Assembly: GCF_964194155.1 (NCBI RefSeq)
Contig: NC_135897.1
Span: 6,696,001 to 6,760,000, forward strand
Length of the DNA: 64,000 bases
From: Cetorhinus maximus
Lineage: Eukaryota
Direction: 5' to 3'
A program made the translations under genes and the position numbers. Below, piece by piece: positions 10,904 through 22,524 of this stretch. Within the stretch, counting starts at the first letter, position 1; each line of letters begins with the position of its first letter. Under the pieces are notes generated by a model. That model saw only the letters and a list, made by a program, of their open reading frames with translations, did no database searches and was not told the DNA's origin.

Positions 10904-13900
10904 GGCCGGGATTTTCCGTGCCCGCTGGCGTCGGGCGTGTTCAGTGGCATGAGCGGACAATATGGCAAGAAGGCCAAAAATCGGCTTCACGGTATCGTGA
11001 AACCAGTTTGCGATCATCCGCTCGGCCCGTCGATGATGGGCTGCATTCCCCATCAGACACAGGGAACCTCATTGTAACACATCAGCATATCACTATAAGA
11101 CCAGCCCGCCAGATTCATTCCCTTCCCGCGGGATTGCCTGCCCACGTCGGCAGGAAAGCACGCCGGTGCAGAACGCGTCTTGACAACTGTGACGTGCAAA
11201 AGTCGGGACTTACCGCCAGGGCCTTGCTCACATCGCGGACATCCGAGGAGTAGAAGATGCTGGAGCCCCACAGCAACGGGAACCTGGAGGAATGTCCATG
11301 GCATGCTGGGTGGATTCTCATGGGTCTGTTGTGAAGCAGCTCATGGAAGTTGGAAAGTCATCGTTGATGCTCATAATGGATGATGGTCGAGGGGGGTGGG
11401 AGAGGAATGTCTAGGATCGACTGGGAGAGGAAGAGGTGTCGGGCGGGGTGAGGTTTGGGGAGGGGATTGAGTGTGTCGGGGGTGAGTTTGGGGGGGTGGG
11501 AATGGTGGTGTCAGGGAGGGGAGGTCGGGGGGGAATTAAGATATTGTGGGGTGAGGTTGGGGGGTGGGGGGAGGGAGCATGGGAGAGGAGGGGTTACCGG
11601 GGAGAAGATAGCAACTGGGGAGGTATGTGTAAGGAGGGGTGGAAGATGCAAGCCAAGGAGTTCAGAGGGGGGAAGAAGTGCAGAGAGGGGAAGGAGTCCG
11701 ACAAGGATAAAGGAGTGCAGAGAGGGGGAGGAAGGAGTGCAGAGAGGGGACGGAGTAAGGGTGGAGGAAGAAGTAAGGGTGGAGAAATGAGTTGGGAAGT
11801 GGGAAGGAGTAAAGCTGGAGGAAGAAGTGAGGGTGAGGAAGGGGGGGGGAAGTAAGGCTGGAGGGTGAGGAAGGGGAAAGAAGTAAGGCTGGAAGACGGA
11901 GTCGAGAGGGATGGAGGACTAAGGGTGGCGGAAGAAGTAAGGGGCATCCGAGGGAGTCAGGAATGGGGAGGGACTAAGCGGGTGGGGGAAGCGAGGGGGT
12001 GCTGGGAGGACTAAGTGGTGGGGGGGAAGGGGTTCCGGAAGGAAAGGGTTCCAGGGGTACAAGAGGTTCATGGGGGGATGTCCAGGTTAATGTGCAAGGG
12101 AAGATCTGATAGGTCCATGTCTGCCTCCTGGGAAGTGAACTGAGGGTTGGCGTGGTATGAGGGAATGGTGAGAATGACTGAGGGTGAAGTGAGGCAGGAG
12201 GGTGAGAGCTCAATGGTAGCGCTAGAAGGGACAGCGAGGGTGGTTAGTGGGGACTCGGAGGTTGACATGGACCCTGGGGGTGGGAAGGAGAATGTAGATG
12301 GGGGTGGGATTTTCGGGAAAGAAGGGAACGTACACGTTCAGCTGGACATCCACAAAGGAAAAGGGTTGTGGCTGGTAGGTCACGGAGGGGAGCTGGTAGG
12401 TGATGCCAGGGGGGATCAACTGTGATGGGGGAAAAGAAATGGGTTACTGGGGGAGGGGGAAAGATGGTGTGGGGGGGGAGCACAAAAAACCGAATCCAGA
12501 CCATGCTGTCCAAATCGAAAGTGAAACGACAATGATGGTAGGCGAGATCGGGTGCTGCATGGGAGTGTGATCATGTGGCCAGAGATGCAGGTCAGCTCAG
12601 ATGGAGAATTGAAAGTGAACCCCAGCAGGCTGCATTCAAAAGGCTCAGGGTATTAAAGTGAATATGAAACATGAAGGATCTGAGTGTGAGAGAAAGCACT
12701 TGCATGAGGCTCCGACAGGCCCCGCCACACATACTTCTCCCTCCAGAATCACTCGTGGACCAGCTGCTCCCTCTGTGGTGACAGACGACGAGGTTGAGGG
12801 AGTCACAGGCAAAGGGAACTCAAAGGGAGAGGACAGCCTCTGAGAATCCTGACTGGATGATCCAGGGGTGTCCAGCTGCCGCTCCTCCTCCCTTTGGGTG
12901 CCCAGGGGCCCCAGTCTGACTCCTTGAGAGGAAGGAGCACCCAGAGAGACGTTGAGGGGCCCCGTTTCCCTCTCACGTTGCCACTGCAGGAACTCAGCCA
13001 TGGCTCCCACGATGGAGTGCAGGTCTGCACACATCTCCACATTCTGCTAGACCAGGGTCTCCATGGCGTCTACCATCCTCCCCATGAGATCTCCATATGT
13101 GCACATGTGGGCACCACTTCACCACAGACAGGATAGAAGCACTCCTCCGACTTGCATGCCACTCTGCTGAGAGCTTCCAACAGCTCTGCGTGATGCTCCC
13201 ACTCCTTATGCTGACTCTCCACGATGCGTTGGAAAGCTGAATCCAGAGGCTCGTCAGCTAACTCAGACCTCACACATGCCTGAACCCCAGCAGTCCTCCG
13301 AGTGCCGGGGAGCTCGCACGAACCTGCCTTCTGCTGCTGTGGACACGTGTCCATGCGGCGACCCCCAGATCATGAACCCGAGCCTGCCCTAGATCCAGGT
13401 CCCACCAAAATGTGTGTCTCTGCGCTGGTGGAGGGTGTGGGTAAGCGCTGTGACAGGTCTTCCAGGCTGCTTATTTCCACATCTTCAATGGAGGAGGAGT
13501 CCTCTTGGCTGGAGGTGAGGACCTGGTTGGAGCTGAGGGACTGACTGGCTGAGGGTGTCGGTCGCTTGGCAGAGCTCCCTGTGAACCAAAGTACAGGTGA
13601 TTAGTGCAAGGCAGCAGAGTCAAAAGCAGGAGAGATAACAATTACATTTGCGTTGAGAGAGGGATGATGTGGTGCATGATGCTTATGAGGGTGTTCGCCA
13701 CTCACCTCACCGTTGCCGCAGGCAGGGTCCACGTCCTCACCAATCAGTGTGATGGCACACTCCTTAAAGTGAGTGATGGGCCTAATGTGGGCCACTCCAC
13801 CCCTGGTCTGGGACCTCTTCCTGCTGAAATGAGCAGGCTTCTCCTGCATGAAAGCATATAGAGAGTGTGAGCAGGACACTTGGTTCTGCATGTAATGTTT

Positions 13901-14582
13901 GTGTGTGAGCAGAGCCATGGACAGAATGAGGATATGAGTGCAAGAGGATATGAGTCTGATGGAGATGTGAGGGTGTGTGTGAGAGTTAGTGGTGTTGTCC
14001 CTTGAGATCCCCGTGGATGTGTGATGGGTTTGTGAGTGTGTGAGTTTCGAGTGGTGAGAAAAGTGAATTACCCTGGCGGAACGGATGAGACCAATCATCC
14101 TGTAGTGGCACTGGGTGGCTGTTCTCTTTCACAGGGCATTGGCACTAACCACCGCTGTCGCTGCCTCCCAAGCCAGATTAGTGAGGCTGCTGCCCATCCT
14201 GCGGCCAGAGCTGGGTAGAGGACATCACAGCAAACCTCCACTGCGTCCAAAAGGTGCTCGAGGGACGCGTCATTGAACCTGGGGGCTGCAGTCTTTTTGC
14301 CTTTCAGGGCCATGTCTTCTTTGCAGCAGTCATGGACTGGAAGCACTGAGAGGTGTGAGCCGGCTGGACATGGCGTCCAGCGTGCTGAAGTGGCGTGGTG
14401 ATGGTGTGGCGGCTAATTGAGAGCTCGCCCACCATGGAAACGGCATGTTTCCCCGGAATGCACAATTAAGGCGGCAGGTTTGGGACTATACGGCGTGAAA
14501 AGCCGCCATTGCGGCCAGTGGGTAAAACATCATTTTACCCGCCCCCTACCGCACTTGGTGACAATCTGGGATGATTCCACCT
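10904..14582 (-). mobile_element. PIF/Harbinger element, about 3.7 kb, with a spliced Myb/SANT pseudogene and no recognisable transposase
   Basis: Imperfect TIRs ggccgggattttcc / gggatgattccacct flanked by gaa on both sides. Minus-strand exons: 14313-14072 MALKGKKTAAPRFNDASLEHLLDAVEV...LIRSAR|gt (frameshifted); from 13843 EKPAHFSRKRSQTRGG; a third from about 13578. Confidence 0.75.
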
Positions 14583-15387
14583 GAAGTGTTTTACACCCAA
14601 TAAAGCATTTTATGAAGCGCTGTCACTATTGCAAAGTAGAAAATGCCAATTTGCACACATCAAGGTCCCAGAACCAGCAAGGAAATAATGACCAGATACT
14701 CTGTGATGTTCGTTGAGGGATAAGTATTGGTTGGGACACCGGGGAGAACTCCCCCACTCTTCTCCAAAATAGTGCCATGGAATCTTTTATGTTCCATGTT
14801 GCTGATGGAGTTTGGGAAACTGGCTTCAGGAGGGACAAAATCAGGTCAAACAAGTCATCAATCTTTCACTGAGGACTGAAAACTTGCGGCAATTTACCAA
14901 CCTTACATTTCCAGCAAGGACTCTGCCCCATTTGGAGCACATGTTGTAACCCTAGCAGTGTGCCTCACACCATGGTCTGAAGGATTGGCTGGTCTTGCAC
15001 CCCAAAATTTCTGATTCACGCTCACAGTGGCTGAAACTCCTCAAAAAGGAGTGCAAGATTGGGATGTTACTAGTTGGATACCTTGTCATAGAATGTCTGT
15101 CCAGCCAGGCTAGTAGGGTTGCAAGACAGAAGGAAGTCTCACCTATTCCAATAAAGATCACACCTTACCCACTGATCTTGTTCTCAAATTCCCTCCTGTT
15201 TTTTTCTGTCTTTCTGAAATCTTTCTCCTGCTGCAGTCAAAGTTCCGTGGGCACTGATAGTCTTTCTCCTCCGTAAAATAATTTGATTTTAATATTCGCT
15301 GCTTGAACGCGTAGCCCTGTTTTATGGTAAAGTCTCATCTCCAAAGGCGCAGGAGTCAGAGGTGAATTGCTTGCCTTCCCCTTTCAG

Positions 15388-15471
15388 GTCCTGCAGTACA
15401 AGAAGCGATGTGGTGAGCTGGAACAGCAGATCCTTGAGAAAGCCTCGGAGTCAGAACAGCAGAAAGTGTCA
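15388..15471 (+). CDS. CROCC2: Rootletin-family exon 2 in window
   Basis: cctttcag| acceptor; VLQYKKRCGELEQQILEKASESEQQKVS; donor |gtgagt; 84 bp, phase 0/0; missed by the ORF track. Confidence 0.92.
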
Positions 15472-15642
15472 GTGAGTATAAGCCACTATTTCATGTATAG
15501 AGATCGGCCTTGGTAAAAGTCACATTGTTCAAGCCAGGCATCACGAGAGTGCTAGAGGACGCCTGATGGTTGGTGACCTGTAGGCCTACACCTGCTCCTC
15601 CATCTGTATGCTTCTTGCCTGGGGGGACATCAACCTTTAATG

Positions 15643-15864
15643 TAAAAGCAAAATACTGTGGATGCTGGAAATCTGAAATAAGAACAGAAAATGCTGGAAA
15701 AGCTCAACAGGTCTGACAGCATCTGTGGAGAGAGAAACAGAGTTAACGTTTCGAGTCCGTATGACCCTTCTTCAGAACCAGGCTAAGCTCTGAAGAAGGG
15801 TCATGCAGACTTGAAACATTAACTCTGTTTCTCTCTCCACAGATGCTGTCAGATCTGCTGAGAC
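15643..15864. mobile_element. Penelope pseudo-LTR foldback insertion with 12-bp TSD
   Basis: TSD caacctttaatg at 15631-15642 and 15865-15876; inverted arms 15703-15776 and 15789-15862. Confidence 0.88.
15742..15778 (-). ncRNA. Minimal type I hammerhead ribozyme motif (Penelope type), apparently intact
   Basis: Minus strand reads GUU CUGAAGA A GGGUC AUACG GACUC GAAA CG UU AAC: conserved core, helix II, palindromic ACGU helix III and a short helix I. Confidence 0.7.
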
Positions 15865-15972
15865 CAACCTTTAATGGCTGGGTTGGATGAATGGTTTGGG
15901 CTTTTCATGTGACAATACAGCTGTGTCAGAGAGACTGAGAGTGTGAACGGCAGAGAAAAAGTGTGGTGTGGT

Positions 15973-15993
15973 GGAGAGAGAGAGAGAGAGAGA
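15973..15993. repeat. (GA)n microsatellite
   Basis: About 10 consecutive GA units. Confidence 0.9.
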
Positions 15994-16854
15994 AAAAGAA
16001 AGAGTGAGCAAAACAGAAAGTACAAAAGAGGGAAAGGCAGATAAAGTGAGAGGACCAAAAGTGTAAGAAAGAGTGAACACAAATGAGGAGGGAGGAAGAG
16101 AGACAAAGGTAGTTCTTTACTAACAAAGAGTGCTTTAAAGGAGGCCTCTTTTTCTCAGTATACAGCCCTATTGTTGATAAATTCCCATTGTTTTTGCTGA
16201 TCGCACAGTCCTTTGCCTAAGCCTGTCACTCTGTTGATTGTGTGTGGTGATGAGTCTGAGCATTCAATTCAGCGTGGAGTTACAAATCATTTTGGCCATT
16301 AACTGAATTAAGCCTCTTTTCATAGTTTTGACTGCATGTCTCTTATTTCATACTGGCTTCCTTTCCTATTCTACTAGTCTGCTTACCCAGTGCATCACTA
16401 GTGGTGAGAGAGCAGGTGGCTAAGCTAATCTATTGCCTTCACTTCCAGATGGAGTTAATCTTGACTGGTGCTTGTCTCGCTTGTCCAGCCTAGCCCATGT
16501 CCTTGTCTTGCACCATGTGAAGCTGTTCCATTTGCACACTGCTCCTGTCGGCTGCTCTCCACCTTTGCATTGTTTGAAGGGCACTTTGCAATGCAATGTG
16601 GTGCCTCAGAGCTAAACAGAGATTGTTTTGCCTCCCAGTGAAGCCCATCTCAACAACTGACTCATCCATTTTGCTCCACCCATCCTATCTACCCAGTTCT
16701 GCTGTAGCCTACTCACCTGTACTGCTGCACTTGAAAATATAGAATGAGTTTTCATCTGTGCATAAAGCTGGCCTGATTAAGGGAACAACAACAGCAACGT
16801 TCTTTTATATTGTGTCTTTAACATAGTGATTCTCTCCAGCTGCTTCCCAGAGGT

Positions 16855-17730
16855 AAGTGGGTGACAAGTTTATTATAGCTCTTTGAGGATGTAACAGGCA
16901 GGGTGGATAAAGGGGAACTAGTAGATGTAGTGTATTTGGATTTCAAAACTGCATTCGATAAGTTGCCACATAAAAGGTTACTACCCAAGCTAAGAGCTCA
17001 AGGTGTTCGGGGGTAATACATTAGCATGTATAGAGGGTTGGCTAATGAACAGGAAACAGAGAGTCAGGATAAATGGGTCATTTTCAGGTTGGCAGCTGTA
17101 ACTAGTGAAGTGCTGCAGAGATCAGTGCTAGGGCCGCAACTATTTATGATCATTACTAATGACTTGAATAAAGGGAACAACCATATTGGAGCAAAATTTG
17201 CTGATGATACAAAGATAGTAGAAAAGCAAGTTGTGAAGTGGATTCAAAGAGTCTGTAAAGGGTATAGATAGGTTAAGTGAGTGGGAAAATATGTGGTAAA
17301 TGGCTATAAGGTATAAAAATGTGAGGTTGCCCACTTGGAAGGAAGAATAGAAAAGCAGAACATTATTTAAATGGAGATGGACTGCAGAATGCTGCAGTAC
17401 AGAGGGGTCTAGGTGTCCTTGTACATTAATCACAAAAAGTTAACATTCAGATACAGCAAGTAATTAGAAAGGCAAATGGAATGTTGACCTTTATTGCAAG
17501 GGGAAATGGAATATAAAAGTAGGGAAGAGCAGTGGAGGTTGGGTCGTTGGATATATTCAAGGATGAGTTAAACAGATTTTTGATTGACAAGTGCATCAAG
17601 GGTATGGAGGACAAACAGGAAAGTGGAGTTAAGGGCACATCAGATCAGTCATGATCTTATTTAAAGACAGAGCAGTCTTGATAGGCTGAATGGCCTACTC
17701 CTGCTCCTATTTCTTATGATCATGAAAAGA
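16855..17730 (+). mobile_element. CR1 LINE RT/3' fragment with an internal deletion
   Basis: FEDVTGRVDKGELVDVVYLDF.. AFDK, SVLGPQLF and KFADDTK motifs; tail ggctgaatggcctactcctgctcctatttcttatg. Confidence 0.85.
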
Positions 17731-18428
17731 TGGGAGGTACCTGAAAGCACAGGCAAAAATAGGCTCTGCACTAGCTTTTAAAGTCAGGTTGGAGATATAG
17801 CAAGGGGGAGTGGATTAGAGCGGGAATTCTATAGAATAAGCTTTAGGAGGCAATTGAGGGCAAGGTGTTCTCAGGAGGCTAGAGGATGTAAAGCTGGACA
17901 AGATTGTAGAAGTAGGGCGAGGGGAAATTGCAATGAAAAGGAGTTTGAATTCATGAGTGCTGGTAGAAACCCCTCCCACCACATCCATCCCCTCATCATG
18001 AGGATAAGTGGGCTCTTTAAGCCTTGGTTGCAGCCAACCAAGTAGTAAGTACTCCAAGGATAGTGAGGAAGGCAATGGGAAACCATCTCAGCTGGCCTTC
18101 ACTAATGGATTAAGAATCTCAGTGTATGCAACTTGAGTTAGAACCTGGCTTAGGGCAAAACTCAATGGATCAGCAGACAGGCAACTTGAGCAGTCAGAAA
18201 GAAGGCGAGCCGGGAGGTAACAAACACATGGCTAATGATGTGCGCAGCAATGGAGTGAGGAAAGGAGCAACACAAAGACCACACAGATATTGTGAATGTG
18301 CAGGCTAGCGGTTTTCCATTGAGGTGCCATCCAACCACTTGCTTCTGCCACACGCATTCATGCAAGTCACATCATTCCTAAATCCATGCTTTTGTTGTCG
18401 CTGTATTGTGCACTATCCTTAATTTCAG

Positions 18429-18535
18429 TTACAAACCCGCTTAGAAACAACAGAATCCTGCTTGAGGAGGACAGAGTATGAGCATAGCACTGAACTGGAG
18501 ACCACCCTCATTCGCCTGGAAGAGGAGCAGCAGAG
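18429..18535 (+). CDS. CROCC2: Rootletin-family exon 3 in window
   Basis: tttcag| LQTRLETTESCLRRTEYEHSTELETTLIRLEEEQQ(R) ag|gtgagc; 107 bp, phase 0/2; rootletin motif LIRLEEEQQR. Confidence 0.9.
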
Positions 18536-19132
18536 GTGAGCAACATTTGTTCTGTATTACTCTTCAGTACCTGGAGCTCTTGCAGATCTTTCTACACAGT
18601 GGTGATACGTGCCATGAGGTTTAGCTTGTTGAGTTTCCAATCTGTGCTGTGGGGGAGCAATTGCACTGCCCAAAAGAAATTGAGCAAACAGAACATCAAA
18701 AAGGAAAGGGAAAGGTTGCATTAATGAGGTTTGTACTCATCAGACTGTGTGATGTTAGTGCACAAGGCTGGAACATTTTTCATTTCATTGAACCTTGTAC
18801 AGCTCAAGGCAAAGTGTGAGTAAAGCTCCCTCTACACTGCCTCAAACTGCGGCTTCATTGCTGACCTCCAACAAACAACTCTCTTGCATCTGTATGATGA
18901 CTTTGTATTTCTTACACCAAGGCATCTCTGTGTCCTCTTGAGTAAGATTGTCACCTTACTGAGAGCTTAGAACTGATTTTGAGGCTGTTTAGCACTATGT
19001 GCCATGCCCATGAGAAGCTGGATTGACAGAGCCAAATCTCATTCAAGCAAGTACCTTTGAATCCCTTAAAAAAGAGAATTATTATCTAATTCTCCCAAAT
19101 TCGGGTTGCAATCCGATCAAAGGAAAATGTGG

Positions 19133-19313
19133 GCCACTGTCCCACCCAGTCCCAGAGTGTGAAAGGACAGTGTCTGACCCACTGTCCCACCCAGTCCCAG
19201 AGTGTGAAAGGACAGCGTCTGACCCACTGTAATATACAGTGCCAATGAAAGGATAGTGTCTCACCCACTGTATTACACAGTGCCAGTGAAAGGATAGTGT
19301 CTCACCCACTGTA
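19133..19313. repeat. Minisatellite: two 45-bp units then two 41-bp variant units
   Basis: ccactgt...gaaagga(c/t)ag(t/c)gtct recurs at 19133, 19178, 19223, 19264 and 19305. Confidence 0.88.
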
Positions 19314-19600
19314 CCACTGACTACCCCTACAATAATGTTATACAGATCTTATCTGCCCCTCAAGTGCGTCAATTTGTGACTCTCACACTGCATGTTAAGG
19401 CCCTTGCAACAGCCAAAATGGGGTCTGGTTCAACTCAGCACAGTTCAAATGGTCATGCTGAGTTCAGGGTTTCTTCCTGTGTGCATCACACTCCACCCCC
19501 TTTCCCCACTGACAAAAAATTGGATATGTCAGAAATGGGGGCGGGACTTCCACATCCAGGTCCAGCCTGTCCTTTTTCTTCCCAGCTCCGCAGAGTTCAG

Positions 19601-20669
19601 AACAAAAACAAAAAACTACTGCGGATGCTGGAAATCCAAAACAAAAACAGAATTACCTGGAAAAACTCAGCAGGTCTGGCAGCATCGGCAGAGAAGAAAA
19701 GATTTGACATTTCGAGTCCTCATGACCCTTCAACAGAACTAAGTAAAAATAGGAGAGGGGTGAAATATAAGCTGGTTTAAGGTGGGGGGGAGGTGGGGGG
19801 TGGGGGGAGAGAAGTTGTGGGGGTGGTGGTTGTAGGGACAAGCAAGCAGTGATAGGAGCAGATAATCAAAAGATGTCACAGATAAAGGAACAAAGATGTG
19901 TTGAAGGTGGTGATATTATCTAAGAGAATGTGTTAATTAAGAATGGATGGCAGGACTCTCAAGGTACAGCTCTAGTGGGTATGGGGTGGAGAGACTGACA
20001 GGGCATTACAGGTATAGATTTAAAAATAATGGAAATAGGTGGGAAAAGAAAAATCTATATAAATTATTGGAAAAAACAAAAGGGAGGGGTAAGAAACGGA
20101 AAGGGGGTGGGGATGGACCAGGGAGTTCAAGATCTAAAGTTGTTGAATTCAATATTCAGTCCGGAAGGCTGTAAAGTGCCTAGTCGGAAGATGAGGTGCT
20201 GTTCCTCCAGTTTGCATTGGGCTTCACTGGAACAATGCAGCAAGCCAAGGACAGACATGTGGGCAAGAGAGCAGGGTGGAGTGTTAAAATGGCAAGCGAC
20301 AGGGAGGTTTGGGTCTTTCTTGCGGACCGACCGCAGGTGTTCTGCAAAGCGGTCGCCCAGTTTACGTTTGGTCTCTCCAATGTAGAGGAGACCGCATTGG
20401 GAGCAACGAATGCAGTAGACTGTTAGGGGAAATGCAAGTGAAATGCTGCTTCACTTGAAAGGAGTGTTTGGGCCCTTGGACGGTGAGGAGAGAGGAAGTG
20501 AAGGGGCAGGTGTTGCATCGTCTGCGTGGGCATGGGGAGGTGCCATAGGCGGGGGTTGAAGAGTAGGGGGTGATGGAGGATTGGACCAGGGTGTCCCGGA
20601 GGGAACGATCCCTACGGAATGCCGCCGGGGGCGTGAAGGGAAGTTTTTCCAGGTAATTCTGTTTTTGTT
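19601..20669 (-). mobile_element. 5'-truncated Penelope-like element: GIY-YIG endonuclease plus pLTR, short inverted end, 13-bp TSD
   Basis: Minus-strand CNTCPF...HFTC / VYCIRCSQCGLLYIGETKRKLGDRFAEHLRSV...HFN...EQHLIFRLGTLQPSGLNIEF; TSD ccgcagagttcag at 19588-19600 and 20670-20682. Confidence 0.92.
19701..19740 (-). ncRNA. Variant or decayed hammerhead motif in the Penelope pLTR
   Basis: Minus strand AGUU CUGUUGA A GGGUC AUGAG GACUC GAAA UG UC AAAU; core reads CUGUUGA instead of CUGANGA. Confidence 0.45.
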
Positions 20670-20715
20670 CCGCAGAGTTCAGGCTAGTTAATCCACTGTC
20701 AGCAATGTTGCTCTG

Positions 20716-21413
20716 GGGCAGAACTTTTAGGTTGGTGGGTAGATGCGATTGGCGGGCCTGGGATCGGCTGGGGAACGGACCGCCAACCGCAATCGGCCCC
20801 TGACTGCGATTTCATGCTGGCTGGTCAATTAATGACGAGCCAGCCTGAAGCATGGACTGAAACGCTCAGCATTGCTGGGGTGGGCACGGGAGGAGGGCGG
20901 GCGCTGGCATAAGCGCAGGCACGGGCGAACACTGAATGAAAGCTCCCTGAAGGCAGAGAGCTGCCTCAGGGAACTGAAGACTAGAAAACAATTAAATAAA
21001 GTTTTTAAAATCTGGGAAAAAAATGCCCAAGCGTCACAATCAGTCACCTGAACATATATATGATAAAACTGCTGTCCATAGATTTTAATTTTTTTTTAAT
21101 TTAATTATGGAAACCTCATTCCGCCCTTGGATGGGGTTTCATGAGAAATGCAAAGTTGTCCTGGCAGATCCGTCCATCTGTCAACCGTAAGGTTGGACAG
21201 ACCACAAGAAATCGGAGACAATTGCAACTTTAATAACACTAATTGGCTTCTTAATTGTCGGCGGGCGCAGTCCTGACTTTTGCGCGCGCCTGCTGACTGA
21301 AATATCGCGCGAGTGCGGGATCGCGTCGGGCCGCTCGCCCGGAGTCATCTGGTGCGATTTTGCCTCTGATCGGGTCGGGCGCATGCCCACACGCCAACCT
21401 AAAAATTCTGCCC
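20716..21413. mobile_element. Harbinger-type MITE, 698 bp, TSD CTG
   Basis: TIR gggcagaacttttaggttgg / ccaacctaaaaattctgccc; ctg on both flanks; many CpGs retained. Confidence 0.88.
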
Positions 21414-22524
21414 CTGGCCGTTTTACATGTGTGAACATCCTGTGCCTTCTTCCCTCTAAATCAGGCTCACTGTCCCCATAGCAACAAGCCATCCAGATTT
21501 GTTGTCAAGCGGAATTCGGAGCAGATCACATGACTCCTCATTCACTACTCCATTTTACCTTAAACGCAACAGGCAGTCCCAAAAACAACAAAACTTATAA
21601 ATTTCGTATTCGTAACATTATCTTACTTAAAGCTGTGCGGGTGACACCTGGCAGCAGGTGGCATTTGAATCTGATCGCTCAGGAACATTTTCTGTTTGAC
21701 TCAGAGTTTCTGCTCCAATGTTGTGCTTGGCTCTGGGGCCTGCCTGGTGGAAGTGAGTGGGAAGTGGTTTAATGCACAGCTGTTGGATTGAGATTCATGT
21801 TTATCCGGAGTTGACTGTACCAGCATGTGCCTGCCTGCTTCTGGTGTCCTAATTTTTACCTACCAGCCAAGATTCATCTCAGATTTGAGTTCTAGCCCCT
21901 GTTGCACACTTGCAGAAGTATTTTTTTTAAAAATCACATGGCAAAGTCACTGAATTTCTTCCTGTTCCCTTTCATTCTTAGCTTTCAACCCATAGTTATT
22001 TGGTGAGTATATTACAATTTAACATTGTGTCAGTTTGGGCTACATGGAAGTGCTCTCCCATCCAGGCTAGCAAGTTGTTACTCCAAGAACCTGAGCACAT
22101 AATCTGAACTGGCACCCAAGGGAGTGCTGCATTGTGAGAAGTGCCATCTTTCAAACAAATTATCAAAGCTGGTACAGAAATCAAAGATCCCACAGTGTCA
22201 TTCGATCAAGAGCAGGGTTAACATTCCTCTCTCAACCAGAACAGCCAGCAAAAGATTAACGGGTCATTCACCTCACTTGCTTTATTGTAGAATCTTGTAT
22301 TAAAAAATAGAAACACACGCGGTGGGACAACCCAGCGCAGTTAACAATCTTATACTTCAGCAAAATCAGCATCCTTCACTCAGTGAGTTACCAAACCCCA
22401 ACCTCCACAAGTCAGCATAATTATCAACCTCATCCTTCCATGACAGCAGTAACTGTACTTTGGAAGTATCTCATGAGATATTAAAACTTTGAGATATACT
22501 GTAGTATATAGGATTAAATTTAAT

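Noticed and set aside
11436-11947. Gly/Glu/Arg-rich and Pro/Leu/Ser-rich ORFs on both strands
   Set aside because: These arise from low-complexity G-rich sequence lacking stop codons; no recognisable domain.
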